Positions 18,859 through 28,704 of a DNA stretch of 41,525 nt are shown piece by piece. Positions within the stretch are counted from its first letter, which is position 1, and each line of letters starts with the position of its first letter. The stretch comes from Fidelibacterota bacterium (GTDB taxonomy: Bacteria; Fidelibacterota; UBA2242): assembly GCA_049975265.1 (NCBI GenBank), contig JBNGDF010000002.1, positions 154,543 through 196,067 of the forward strand, given 5' to 3'. A model generated the notes under the pieces. It did not search any database. It was not told the DNA's origin and saw nothing but the letters and a program-made list of their open reading frames with translations. A program made the translations under genes and the position numbers.

Positions 18859-19971
18859 TCACAAAACTAAAGACATAGGGTGTTTCCAGATTTCGTAAAC
18901 AGCTTCCGGAACAACCGATAAAGCCTCTTCGATCGTACCTTCATCAACAATGTTGTTGAACATTACCCTAATATCGGGTAATAAGCCAATGAAATATTGA
19001 TTGTTACGGGGATAGTGATCGGCAATCTTGATCGGTTCAGTTGTAAAAGTAAAGACCGAATCCCGCCCCAGCATAGTACCGTTGGATTCGCAAATCTCAC
19101 CACTGATGAGAATCCTGTAAGTCGTATCGGTCATCCAGGATACTTCCGGATATATCCTGAAATAGTTTGGGGTACCGGAACTGCCTCTGCCTGAACGTCC
19201 TTCATCCAGGCGAACCGGTGTCGGTGGATCAATGCTGATTTTGTCAAAATTTTCCAAAGGGACATATGCGTTAAACTCGATGAGCAGATACGAGTAGGAA
19301 TCGCCGAAACAGAGGATCTGGTTAATCCTGAAATTTTCCGTAGTAAAAGAGTTTGAATAGGAAAACTCGAGGTGCTGCCCATGGATTGTCACGGCATTGG
19401 TATCGATCGTAAAGATGTATTCGGTTTCTGCTTTAAAATCGCCATTGATGTAGTACCAAAAACTGCTGCTTCTGCCATCGTAGCTGGAGTATGAAAAACT
19501 CAGATTTGCGGGTTCAGGTGTTATGCTGAACGCCTCTTCAAAACTCTCGGGCAAGATATAATCCTTGAAGTAAAGACGGATATAGCCGTTAGAAATACTG
19601 ACATCCCGGGCACCATCATAAGGATATACATCTATCAGGGGTGCCGGAAACAGTGACAATTCGATGATACCCGCATCATACCCCTCACTGTCGGAAACCC
19701 TTATCCCGGATAGCTCAACCGCGCCGTAATTTGCCGCTTTAGCGACAAGCCGATGGGTTCACGGATCAACATCCGTAAAAACGAATACTCCCCCGGCATC
19801 GGTGACGGTCTCGGCTACCAGTGTCCCCTGATACAACTCAACCGTCGCTTCCACATCCGCCGGTACGACAACCCCGGATATCATGCCCGGTTCCTTCGAG
19901 ATAATCACATTGATTTCCGGCTGACAGGAAACCAGGAATAAAACAGCGATAAGAATTAAGCACTTTTTCAT
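18859..19971 (-). pseudogene. Lipoprotein with carboxypeptidase-regulatory-like and Ig-like (Big_5-type) repeats, interrupted by an in-frame TGA and probably 3'-truncated
   Basis: MKKCLILIAVLFLVSC lipobox with GGAGG RBS. ORFs 19759..19971 and 18859..19659 share a frame, separated by a single TGA (FTDVDP*THRLVAKA). The last repeat ends abruptly. Confidence 0.7.
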
Positions 19972-20269
19972 TGGACGTTCCTCCACATTTATTTTTGTTT
20001 CTTTTACAGACAAATATTTTGCACAACTGTCAAAACGAAACTACTGCTGATGATCAGACATTCATTTAAACCAACGATTTACAGGTCAATGGAATATAAT
20101 TCACCGGATAACATTATTCAAGTTTTTAAAATTATCGCCGTACAAGTGTTGAACGATCCCGGTATAAAAGGAATTGCTTGTTTAATCCAAGGATTACTAT
20201 ATTCAGGGTAATAATTAAGGTAAAATCAACAGGAAACAGCTATAACCTGAAAATTGAAAGGAGCCAATC

Positions 20270-20407
20270 ATGCCCGGTAATACAATTATCGTCATTCTTC
20301 TCGTTCCAATCGCCTTCCAGGTTTTCCTGCTGGCGATTAAGCAGGAAAAAAGGCACAAGGAACTCATTGAAATATTGAAAAGAATCGAAGCGAAGCTGTC
20401 ACAATAG
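20270..20407 (+). CDS. 45-aa small membrane protein
   Basis: AAGGAG RBS; MPGNTIIVILLVPIAFQVFLLAIKQEKRHKELIEILKRIEAKLSQ. Below the ORF-track cutoff. Confidence 0.65.
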   Translation: MPGNTIIVILLVPIAFQVFLLAIKQEKRHKELIEILKRIEAKLSQ

Positions 20408-20465
20408 ATTTCGGAATAGGGTTTGATACTTATTGTTTTACGAAAGAATAAAGTGAAAAAATAAA

Positions 20466-20840
20466 TTGGTTAAAAGACACGAACACGAACCACCACTGGC
20501 GACGGAAAAATGGGGTTGGCGATACCATCATATCGGTATTCCGACGACCGAACCGATAAACGGTGAAAGATATTTACCGCATTTGAAATTATCTGTCAGC
20601 GGGTTCGACAGCAGCCCGTTTGGGATAGAGTGGATGCGCTTCGATGCGGATAGCCCGGTGGACAAATTAATCCAAACAATCCCTCATATCGCGTTTGAGG
20701 TCGATAACCTGGAGCTTGAACTCGGCCGGCATCGGTTTAAAATTATCACCAAACCAACAGAACCCGCTGATGGAATCAGGGTGGCCATGATTGAGCACAA
20801 CGGTGCACCAATTGAACTAATCGAATTCAGTAAAAAATAA
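20466..20840 (+). CDS. VOC/glyoxalase superfamily protein
   Basis: YHHIGIPT, PHIAFEVDNLE, GAPIELIEF. Confidence 0.8.
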   Translation: MVKRHEHEPPLATEKWGWRYHHIGIPTTEPINGERYLPHLKLSVSGFDSSPFGIEWMRFDADSPVDKLIQTIPHIAFEVDNLELELGRHRFKIITKPTEPADGIRVAMIEHNGAPIELIEFSKK

Positions 20841-20971
20841 TTCCAAATATTTTTATTGGAAATTGCGTTTGATGTTCCGAACTCCACATTCGGAGTAAAA
20901 TGGTCGGCGCTCGAGGGTCTTAACACGGCAATCGGAGAACAAGAATTCTTAAGCAGGACAATTGTAATGTC

Positions 20972-21000
20972 TTGACAGTAGATTAAATGGCGTATATATT
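20972..21000 (+). promoter_or_regulatory. sigma70-type promoter
   Basis: TTGACA-N17-TATATT. Confidence 0.5.
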
Positions 21001-21026
21001 TAATGTGACATGACACAGATTACGTA

Positions 21027-21167
21027 TTGATTTTAGCCGCCCTGATCGTGATAATCCTGCTGGCTTCCACGGGTAACAGCTTTGTCCGCGGCTCCCTGAT
21101 CTGTAAATATTGCAGGCAGCGGGCGCTGGGTTGTCCGGCGGAGAAACTCTTCGAAAAGAAAAAATGA
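21027..21167 (+). pseudogene. Probable 3' remnant of a Cys-containing membrane protein (or a small protein)
   Basis: LILAALIVIILLASTGNSFVRGSLICKYCRQRALGCPAEKLFEKKK*. No RBS, in-frame stop at 21006. Confidence 0.4.
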
Positions 21168-21300
21168 CGACACGGAGATTCACAGAGATGATGCTGAGAA
21201 CACGGTATTTTATTAACTATGAAATCATCATACGATGGGTTGGATTTGGGATCATTCGCAGGTCTAAGACCGACCACACAATGCTGAAGGAGCGTTTATA

Positions 21301-21810
21301 ATGTCAAAAGTACGTGCCGTTCACGCCGATATTACCACTCTTAAAGTTGATGTGATCGTCAACGCCGCTAATAGCAGCCTGCTGGGTGGTGGTGGCGTGG
21401 ATGGCGCGATTCACCGGGTTGCCGGTCCAGATCTTTTGGCGGAATGCAAAACCCTCAACGGCTGCGACACCGGCGCTGCAAAATTGACCAAAGGTTATAA
21501 TCTCCCCGCCAAATATGTCATTCACACCGTTGGTCCCGTCTGGCGGGGCGGTAAGCACAGCGAACCGGCATTGCTGGCGAGCTGCTATCGTTCATCTCTG
21601 AATATTGCCGCAGAACACGGTTTGAAAAGCATCGCTTTTCCGTCGATCAGCATCGGTGTTTATGGCTATCCCATCGAAAAAGCCGCCCGTATCGCCGTTA
21701 CCACCGTCCGGGATTTTCTGCATAGCCACTATTCCGATATGGAAGTAATTTTCTGCTGCTTCTCCCCTGCCGATCTCGAGGTTTTTCAAATAATTCTCAA
21801 TAATCCCTAA
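21301..21810 (+). CDS. Macro domain O-acetyl-ADP-ribose deacetylase (YmdB-like)
   Basis: DIT...[41 protein letters not shown]. Confidence 0.93.
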   Translation: MSKVRAVHADITTLKVDVIVNAANSSLLGGGGVDGAIHRVAGPDLLAECKTLNGCDTGAAKLTKGYNLPAKYVIHTVGPVWRGGKHSEPALLASCYRSSLNIAAEHGLKSIAFPSISIGVYGYPIEKAARIAVTTVRDFLHSHYSDMEVIFCCFSPADLEVFQIILNNP

Positions 21811-21950
21811 AAACTATTCGCATTTGTGTATCTTGACTGCGACACTGCTCATCAGTTCATCCTGATTGTTTGTATCCGGAATCCCGTTTTGCTTTCCGTC
21901 ATCTTTCCCCTAAATTTTGCGGTGATAACATAACGATTGAAGGAGACTTC

Positions 21951-22697
21951 ATGGCGCGCAGACTCTTACTCATCAGCAACTCAACTCTCCACGGTAGCGG
22001 CTATCTCGATCATTGCGCTGAAAATATTACAGAATTTCTGGGAAATAGAAAAACTGTGGTATTCATCCCTTTTGCCCGGCCCGGTGGTATCAGTCATAAC
22101 GCTTATACGAAGATTGCCCGGGAACGCTTGGCGATGATGGGCTACAGTCTCGACGGAGTCCACGAATTCGATGACATGAAAGCAGCCATCCGCAACGCCG
22201 ATGCGATTTTCATTGGCGGCGGCAATACATTTGTGCTACTTTCCGGTTTATATCAGAACGATTTGATGAATGCCATTCGTCAGGAAGTCGGCAAAGGCAA
22301 ACCCTATATCGGCACCAGCGCCGGCTCCAATGTCGCCACTCCCAGTATCATGACCACCAACGATATGCCGATTATGTATCCGCCCTCTTTCGAAGCTCTC
22401 AATCTTGTGCCGTTCAATATCAATCCCCACTACCTTGATCCCGATCCGAATTCCAAACACATGGGCGAAACCCGAGAAACCCGCATTAAGGAATTTCATG
22501 TATTTCACGACGTTCCGGTGGTCGGTTTGCGCGAGGGCGCCATGCTGCGCATTAACAATAATAAAATGACCCTGAAAGGCAGCACCGGCGCCCGGCTGAT
22601 GCGCGCCGGTGAGACAGCCGTAGAATACCAGCCCGGTGCCGATCTGAGTTTTTTATTGTCAGAAAACTACGAGGATACAAACCTCCAAAGATTATGA
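21951..22697 (+). CDS. pepE: Dipeptidase E (peptidase S51)
   Basis: LLLISNST, IFIGGGNTF, YIGTSAGSN, NINPHY, HMGETRETRI.EF. AGGAG RBS at 21941. Confidence 0.93.
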   Translation: MARRLLLISNSTLHGSGYLDHCAENITEFLGNRKTVVFIPFARPGGISHNAYTKIARERLAMMGYSLDGVHEFDDMKAAIRNADAIFIGGGNTFVLLSGLYQNDLMNAIRQEVGKGKPYIGTSAGSNVATPSIMTTNDMPIMYPPSFEALNLVPFNINPHYLDPDPNSKHMGETRETRIKEFHVFHDVPVVGLREGAMLRINNNKMTLKGSTGARLMRAGETAVEYQPGADLSFLLSENYEDTNLQRL

Positions 22698-22755
22698 TTT
22701 TCATTTTTAATACACCTATTCAACAATCGAATTCCTCCTGTTTTATTTCTCACTT

Positions 22756-23538
22756 ATGTATAAATTTGTAAAAATTATCATCGCCCTCGTCGTTATCCTG
22801 AGAAGTAATGTTTTTCCCGGTGAAAACAAGCTCAGTGTCCTGCTGGCAACGCTGGACCAGACTACCGTCCAAAAGCAAACCGGTTTAATCACACGCTATT
22901 CCGGCAGGGAGCAGGAATTCAGAGAGTCCTATACCCTGACCGCCAACCTCCGGCTGTTGGGACTGCGCATTGGTCGAATGCATCTGGGTGAAGTGACAAT
23001 CAGCAGCCGGGATTCTTTTTCCATATCCTACGATCCGCCTTTCGATAAATGGGATACCCGCTATCTGAGTTACCGGCTGAATGATTCCCTTTTTGCAGAC
23101 GAAGTCTCTGGTTCGGCAGAGGAACAGATGGTCTATGCCCGGCGGGACAGTCTCTGGGTCTTCAAAGCGTACCGGACAAAATCTCCCCGTAAAAGCAAAC
23201 AGGCGATCTTTCTTGACGGAATGACGACACCGGCGGTGAACCTGATCGAATTTACCCGACTGCTGTATCGCCGTCGATTCGACGAAATCCGCGATGTCCT
23301 GTTTATGGCGGAATGCTATCCGATAGTCTTAACGGAGTCTCCCATCCAGGCGAGCGGTTACCGTATATTCGATTTAAAATGGAATGTCGCAGAGGGTGAA
23401 GAACGGGTGCGGTTGCACGGTGTGCACCTGATCGGGCTGGAAACCGCTGACCGTTTTATTCCCGTCGCCGGGATCCTGAACGTCACCTTTGTCGGGTTGT
23501 TGGACCTGAATGTAACCGGCATTATCCAGGAAAAATGA
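22756..23538 (+). CDS. Hypothetical exported protein
   Basis: 260-aa ORF with an N-terminal hydrophobic stretch and beta-rich character. No family recognised. Confidence 0.6.
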   Translation: MYKFVKIIIALVVILRSNVFPGENKLSVLLATLDQTTVQKQTGLITRYSGREQEFRESYTLTANLRLLGLRIGRMHLGEVTISSRDSFSISYDPPFDKWDTRYLSYRLNDSLFADEVSGSAEEQMVYARRDSLWVFKAYRTKSPRKSKQAIFLDGMTTPAVNLIEFTRLLYRRRFDEIRDVLFMAECYPIVLTESPIQASGYRIFDLKWNVAEGEERVRLHGVHLIGLETADRFIPVAGILNVTFVGLLDLNVTGIIQEK

Positions 23539-23647
23539 TCACCTGTACCGTCGTTATCTCTCACTGATTACCTGGTGACGTCCCGGATAAGGGTTTGGAA
23601 AACCAGCCGGAATATTTATATTTATATTTACATTAACAGGGGAAAAT

Positions 23648-24721
23648 ATGGATCAAGCGGCATTTCATGAACAGATACAGGCGTTGCTGGCGGAAAAGGA
23701 GTCGCTGGCGCGTCAGATACTTGACAACATTTATGCCAAACGACCGGCATTAAAACAAAAATACCAGAAAGTGACGCAGCAACTCATTACCGACATTCTT
23801 TTCCATCTGGAATTTCTGCTGGAAGCGCTGCGGCTGAATTCCATTGTCCTTTTTGACGAATATCTGAAATGGTGCCGCACATTTTACGAGCAGATCAGCA
23901 TTCCCGCCGCCGAAATCGTCCTGACCTTTGATCAGATCAATGCGACCCTTAAACAGGGAAAAACGGCGGAGTTTCAGGCTGCCCTGGACCGCTACAACGC
24001 CCGGGTAACGGCTATCTTCGAATCAAAATACCGGGCACCGCACTCATTCATCAGACCAAACAATCCGCATCGGGAGCTGGCGGAGCACTACTTTCACACG
24101 GTGTTGAAAGGCAATCGGGCGGACGCCAGCAAACTGATCTTCGACGCCCTGGACGCCGGGACTTCAGTCCGCGACATCTATCTGGAGGTATTCGAGCCCT
24201 GTCAGAAAGAGGTGGGACGGCAGTGGCAAACCGGTCTGCTCAGCGTCGCACAGGAGCACTATTTTACGGCGGTCACGCAATTGATCATCTCCCAACTCTA
24301 TCCGCAGATATTCTCCACCACCCGCATCGGAAAGAAAATGATCGCTGCCTGCGCCGGGGGTGAACTGCATGAAATCGGCATCCGGATGGTGGCGGATTTC
24401 TTCGAGATGGAAGGCTGGGATACGCTCTATATTGGCGCCAATACGCCTGCCGCCGCGATCATCAGCACCATAAAGTCAGAGATGCCCGCCGTCATCGCCC
24501 TCTCTACCACCCTGCTGCCGCATATCGGGATGATCAGTGACATTATTTCCCGGATACGCAGCAACCGGGAATTCGACTTCACCAAAATTATTGTGGGCGG
24601 CTACCCGTTTAATGTCGATCAGGATCTGTGGAAACGAGTTCATGCCGACGGCAGCGCTGCAAACGCCGCCGACGCCGTGCAAATAGCCCAAAAATCCTTT
24701 TATTACCAGGAAAATACATGA
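23648..24721 (+). CDS. Cobalamin-binding sensor protein: N-terminal globin-like helical domain + CarH-type four-helix cap + B12 Rossmann domain
   Basis: W-x9-EH (WQTGLLSVAQEH), ELHEIG, IGANTP, VIALS, IIVGG. No MerR HTH. Confidence 0.85.
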   Translation: MDQAAFHEQIQALLAEKESLARQILDNIYAKRPALKQKYQKVTQQLITDILFHLEFLLEALRLNSIVLFDEYLKWCRTFYEQISIPAAEIVLTFDQINATLKQGKTAEFQAALDRYNARVTAIFESKYRAPHSFIRPNNPHRELAEHYFHTVLKGNRADASKLIFDALDAGTSVRDIYLEVFEPCQKEVGRQWQTGLLSVAQEHYFTAVTQLIISQLYPQIFSTTRIGKKMIAACAGGELHEIGIRMVADFFEMEGWDTLYIGANTPAAAIISTIKSEMPAVIALSTTLLPHIGMISDIISRIRSNREFDFTKIIVGGYPFNVDQDLWKRVHADGSAANAADAVQIAQKSFYYQENT

Positions 24722-25431
24722 AAAAGAAAGATTATGCCGATTATCAATTGGCTGTCGTACTGGACCTGAAGGGAAAAATCCTTCGTTTCCTCACCAAGCC
24801 CGATTCCCTTTCCGGTGAATTTATCAACAAACCTTTCCGGCAATTGGTCGGTCAAGCCAGTCGGGAAGAATTTGACGCCCTTTTAAACCGCATCCCCCAT
24901 GAAAAAATGATCGTCACCACCAACATCGCCATTACATATCTGAACATTGCCTACCCACATCTGATCTGCGCCCAGATTCATAATCAGCTGTTATTAATTG
25001 TCAATGACAACGATAAATCGCTGTATGAACAGTTTTTCCGGGAAATATTAATCATCACTAATGAGCACATCAATACCATTCGCGAACTGCAGAAGCAGCT
25101 CCACCAAAATACAAAAAAAACCCCTAATACCGGCGTTTATGAACAGCTCATCAGTACCAACAACGAACTGGCAAATATCCAGCGTCAGCTCGCCAAAAAG
25201 AATATCGAACTGGAAAACGCCCTGAAAAAGGTCAAACTGCTCAGCGGGCTAATCCCCATCTGCGCCAACTGCAAACGGATTCGCGATGATCGTGGCTACT
25301 GGAACCAGGTGGAAAAATACATCGCCGAACACTCCGAAGCCCAGTTCAGCCACGGATTATGCCCCGATTGCATGCGCGAATTGTACCCCGACTTCGTCAA
25401 TAAAAAGGAGTCCCGAAACAAAACAACCTAA
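24718..25431 (+). CDS. PAS-like + coiled-coil protein with a C-terminal Cys-rich putative Zn-binding domain
   Basis: ATGA overlap with the upstream gene. NNELANIQRQLAKKN coil; IPICANCKRIRDD.GYW...FSHGLCPDC. Confidence 0.75.
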   Translation: MKKKDYADYQLAVVLDLKGKILRFLTKPDSLSGEFINKPFRQLVGQASREEFDALLNRIPHEKMIVTTNIAITYLNIAYPHLICAQIHNQLLLIVNDNDKSLYEQFFREILIITNEHINTIRELQKQLHQNTKKTPNTGVYEQLISTNNELANIQRQLAKKNIELENALKKVKLLSGLIPICANCKRIRDDRGYWNQVEKYIAEHSEAQFSHGLCPDCMRELYPDFVNKKESRNKTT

Positions 25432-25452
25432 GCTCAGCAGGAACGCATTATC

Positions 25453-26469
25453 ATGGCAGAAAAACAACAAGATTACGATATTGAAATCACCCTGCAGACC
25501 CTGAAATACGCTACCCGTCAACTGGTGGCGGAGCTGGATCTGCAGCAGCTGGTGTTTCATTCGATCTGTACAATCGCCGATTTCAGCTCCAGCCAGAACC
25601 TGTCGCTCCTGCTGATCAATGAAGATGGCAGCAGCGCCACCCTGCTGGGCACGATGGTCAATGGCAATTATCAGGAAACCGGGCAGGAATTTACGATCAG
25701 GAACACACCCTTCGCCAAAGTAATAGAGACAAAAAACTCCAGCGACTATCCCTGTCAGCGAAAATACGAATATCCGATTCCAACCTCTACTATCTTTTCC
25801 AAAAGCCGCCATTGCACCTGCCTGCCGCTGATCGGTACGAATAACAAAATCATCGGTTTCATTAATTATGAACATCGGCAGGATTATCGTGTTTCGAAAA
25901 ACCATGAAGAAATAATTACGGTCATCACCACGCTGATCGCGACGGCTATCGAAAATGCCCGTCTGTTCCAGATGGCGACCATTGACGGACTAACCGGTCT
26001 GTATGTGCGGCGCTATTTCGACATCCGTTTACAGGAGGAAATCACGCGCCTGAAACGTGTTGATTCTGATCTTGCCCTGATTGTGTTTGATATCGATCAT
26101 TTCAAAAAAATCAACGACACCTATGGGCATCAACAGGGCGATATCATTCTGCGGGAACTCGCCGAAATCATAAAAAATGCCGTCCGGAAAGATGTGGATA
26201 TTCCCTGTCGCTACGGCGGCGAGGAGCTGGTACTGATCCTGCCCGGAACCGACCTGGAGGGGGGTGTCGTGCTGGGAGAACGTATCCGCAAGCGCTGCGA
26301 AGACCACCAATTCAAATCCCTGAGCGATAAAGAGATCCGCGCCACTATCAGTGGCGGGATTGCGGCAATAAATTCCAAGTCACTAATAGACAAAGACGCC
26401 TTTTTCCAAATCGCCGACAAAAAACTGTACGAAGCGAAACAAGCCGGTCGTAACCGGATTCGGTTTTAG
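25453..26469 (+). CDS. GAF-GGDEF diguanylate cyclase
   Basis: DGLTGLY, FDIDHFKKINDTYGHQQGD, RYGGEEL, AD..LY.AK.AGRN; N-terminal GAF ending AIENARLF. Confidence 0.92.
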   Translation: MAEKQQDYDIEITLQTLKYATRQLVAELDLQQLVFHSICTIADFSSSQNLSLLLINEDGSSATLLGTMVNGNYQETGQEFTIRNTPFAKVIETKNSSDYPCQRKYEYPIPTSTIFSKSRHCTCLPLIGTNNKIIGFINYEHRQDYRVSKNHEEIITVITTLIATAIENARLFQMATIDGLTGLYVRRYFDIRLQEEITRLKRVDSDLALIVFDIDHFKKINDTYGHQQGDIILRELAEIIKNAVRKDVDIPCRYGGEELVLILPGTDLEGGVVLGERIRKRCEDHQFKSLSDKEIRATISGGIAAINSKSLIDKDAFFQIADKKLYEAKQAGRNRIRF

Positions 26470-26559
26470 TCTGTATTTTTTGTAAAATTGGTACCCTGTT
26501 TTTCGGAGAAGACTTTAATTTCATAAATCTCATTCCGGGCTTCCCTTACGGAACGGAAT

Positions 26560-27411
26560 TCAGTCTGCCCGGTAACTAACCGAAGCAACGACAATCAGAA
26601 TGACCAGTCCCCCGATCACCGTCCGCAACGCTGGAACCTCCCGCAGGATGATCAGCGCCAACACAATTCCGTAGACCGGCTCCAGACTCGCCGCGATCCC
26701 GGCAGTAAACGCCCGCACCTGCTGCATGCTGTAAATAAACAGCGTATGCGCCAGCGCCGTACAGAAAATACCGAGGAGCAGAATATAGCCGATATCCGTT
26801 ACGGACAAACTGCAGGGCACAATCAGAACGGCGGGCAACAGCAGCAAAGCCGCAATACCGTCCTGCCAAAAGGCAATACTCAGCGGCGAATAGCGCCGGC
26901 TGTAGCTCTTATTCAGCAGCGTCAGTACCGCAAAACTCAATCCCGACAAAACGCCCCAGAATACGCCCGCCGTTATCCGGTTTGCCAACGACAATTCGGG
27001 CACGATCACCAGCAAACCGATCACCACAAAAAACAGATATATCAAATCCATTACGGCAAGCCGGGTGCGGAACAGCAGCGGCTCCAACAGCGTCACAAAC
27101 ACCGGAAAACTGGCATAGGTCAACAGCCCGATCGCCACCGTCGAGACCCGGATGGACTGGAAAAAAGTCACCCAGTGCAGCACCAGTAAAACGCCCATTC
27201 CGCCAAAACCGCCCCAATCCCGGACACGTGCCGGCTTCAATGAATAGCCCTGCGCTTTAATAATAATGCTGAGCGTCACCGCGGCAACGGTTGTCCGACC
27301 AAGGACAATTACCACCGGCGCTGCAGTGATCAGCTTGCCGAACAGACCGGCGAATCCGAACAGCAGTACCGCCGTATGCAATTGCATAATGGCTTTGCGG
27401 TTAGCCGTCAT
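26560..27411 (-). CDS. DMT/EamA family transporter
   Basis: About 10 hydrophobic segments, LEPVYGI motif, duplicated EamA pattern. Confidence 0.88.
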   Translation of the reverse strand: MTANRKAIMQLHTAVLLFGFAGLFGKLITAAPVVIVLGRTTVAAVTLSIIIKAQGYSLKPARVRDWGGFGGMGVLLVLHWVTFFQSIRVSTVAIGLLTYASFPVFVTLLEPLLFRTRLAVMDLIYLFFVVIGLLVIVPELSLANRITAGVFWGVLSGLSFAVLTLLNKSYSRRYSPLSIAFWQDGIAALLLLPAVLIVPCSLSVTDIGYILLLGIFCTALAHTLFIYSMQQVRAFTAGIAASLEPVYGIVLALIILREVPALRTVIGGLVILIVVASVSYRAD

Positions 27412-27465
27412 TCGTCAACGCGAAAATGCCGTTTACCAGCTGACACAGCCCAATCCGATCATACC

Positions 27466-28689
27466 CTATCGCAACATCTCCGTAAATCGCCGTCTATGAC
27501 TGACGTTCCATTCCGGTTTTTTCGATAATTCGACACTCACAAAGCGATTCACGGCTGCCATCCGCCCTTCGATGGAGTCGTACTGCCAATTGGATTCCGG
27601 GTGCCAGAAATCCCGGGATGTCAGGGTCTCAATCCGTCCCAAAACCGCCGCCAGCGCCTGCGGGTCATAGCCCGCCCGGTAAGCGTAGATGGTGCCCAGC
27701 ATATCGGCTTCCAGTTCGTACTCCGTCTGGCGACGAGAGGTCGCGGATTCGAACATCTGAAAAGCCATCTGCTCCAGCTCGGCGTCGGTGAACTCTGCCG
27801 GGCTTTCGGCTTCCAGCTCCGCAAAGGCATCTTCGGCAGCGATCTGGGTAGAGCGTTTCATCACCTCCGCATAGCCGTGCTGCTGAACCACATGAGCGAT
27901 TTCGTGACCCAGCACGCACGCCAGTTCGGCTTCATTGTGGAGGATATTCAGCAGACCTTGCGAGATAAAGATCATGCCGTTGGGAGCAGCATAAGCCACC
28001 GGACGTTCATCGGACAGGATATAGAATTTAAAAGGATAATAATAGAGTGGTGTGTTTTCAACAATAAGACTGCCAACCATATTCAGGTACTTCAGTTGAT
28101 CTGGATCTGTCACCAATCCACCGGATGCAATCTGCGCCGCCACGGCAAAGCCCAATTTTTCCAGATAGGAATTGATCTCCGGATGCCGGTTTTCGATCCT
28201 GATCCGGCGATAGCGCCTGTGAAGCTTATCGGAGTCCCGATTCCGGTAGGTTTCGGCTTTGAAGCGCCGGTACTCATCGGGCTGAAAATGCTGGACATCA
28301 TACTGATTGAGAAAATCAGAACGCACCTGCTTTGTCTCCAGGTAGGTCTGGGCAAAGCCTCTGACCGCCCCGCTGGCGGAGGCTTTGGATATCAGCACCG
28401 GCTTTGAGGAATCGAAATAATGGCTTTCCCGAATGCCGGAGGATTCGCGCTCATCTGCCGACAGTGCATTTTTCGAGACCCAGCCCTCCTGGTCCCGGGC
28501 TCTGATCTTAACCCAGCCGGCGGTCTCTGCCAAAATCGTTACTACCGCCTCCCTGATCAGAATGCCGATCATCGGATAGTAGCTACCCGGTCCCGTGCGA
28601 AAATGGGTATTGTCCTGCCGAATCCGGGCATCCTGTTGCGACCCAGCCGTCAGCATGAATACCAGCAGCAATATCATCGTCCTTTTCAT
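27466..28689 (-). CDS. SH3b domain + M48 family metalloprotease, exported
   Basis: Signal peptide, FRTGPG..Y...W.KI....EGWV, EAELACVLGHEIAHV, E.EAD..G...AGYDP. Confidence 0.85.
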   Translation of the reverse strand: MKRTMILLLVFMLTAGSQQDARIRQDNTHFRTGPGSYYPMIGILIREAVVTILAETAGWVKIRARDQEGWVSKNALSADERESSGIRESHYFDSSKPVLISKASASGAVRGFAQTYLETKQVRSDFLNQYDVQHFQPDEYRRFKAETYRNRDSDKLHRRYRRIRIENRHPEINSYLEKLGFAVAAQIASGGLVTDPDQLKYLNMVGSLIVENTPLYYYPFKFYILSDERPVAYAAPNGMIFISQGLLNILHNEAELACVLGHEIAHVVQQHGYAEVMKRSTQIAAEDAFAELEAESPAEFTDAELEQMAFQMFESATSRRQTEYELEADMLGTIYAYRAGYDPQALAAVLGRIETLTSRDFWHPESNWQYDSIEGRMAAVNRFVSVELSKKPEWNVSHRRRFTEMLR

Positions 28690-28704
28690 AGCTCGATCCC
28701 TGTG

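Noticed and set aside
19759..19761. TGA as recoded Gly (genetic code 25) or selenocysteine
   Set aside because: Many genes in the window end with TGA as a normal stop, only one internal TGA is seen, and the position is not a Cys site. A nonsense mutation or sequencing error is simpler.
20229..20247. ACAGGAAACAGCTATAACC matches the lac/M13-reverse primer sequence at 18 of 19 nt
   Set aside because: The flanks do not continue into lac operator or lacZ sequence and the ATG is absent. Most likely chance, not vector contamination.
21301..21810. Macro domain as part of an ADP-ribosylation defence or TA system (DarG/ThsA-like)
   Set aside because: It is a canonical stand-alone YmdB-like sequence with no ADP-ribosyltransferase, sirtuin or TIR partner nearby.
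27601..28407. Long antisense ORFs (e.g. 27601..28407, 32616..33299, 11086..11673, 30841..31422)
   Set aside because: Shadow frames opposite well-supported genes, with no motifs of their own.
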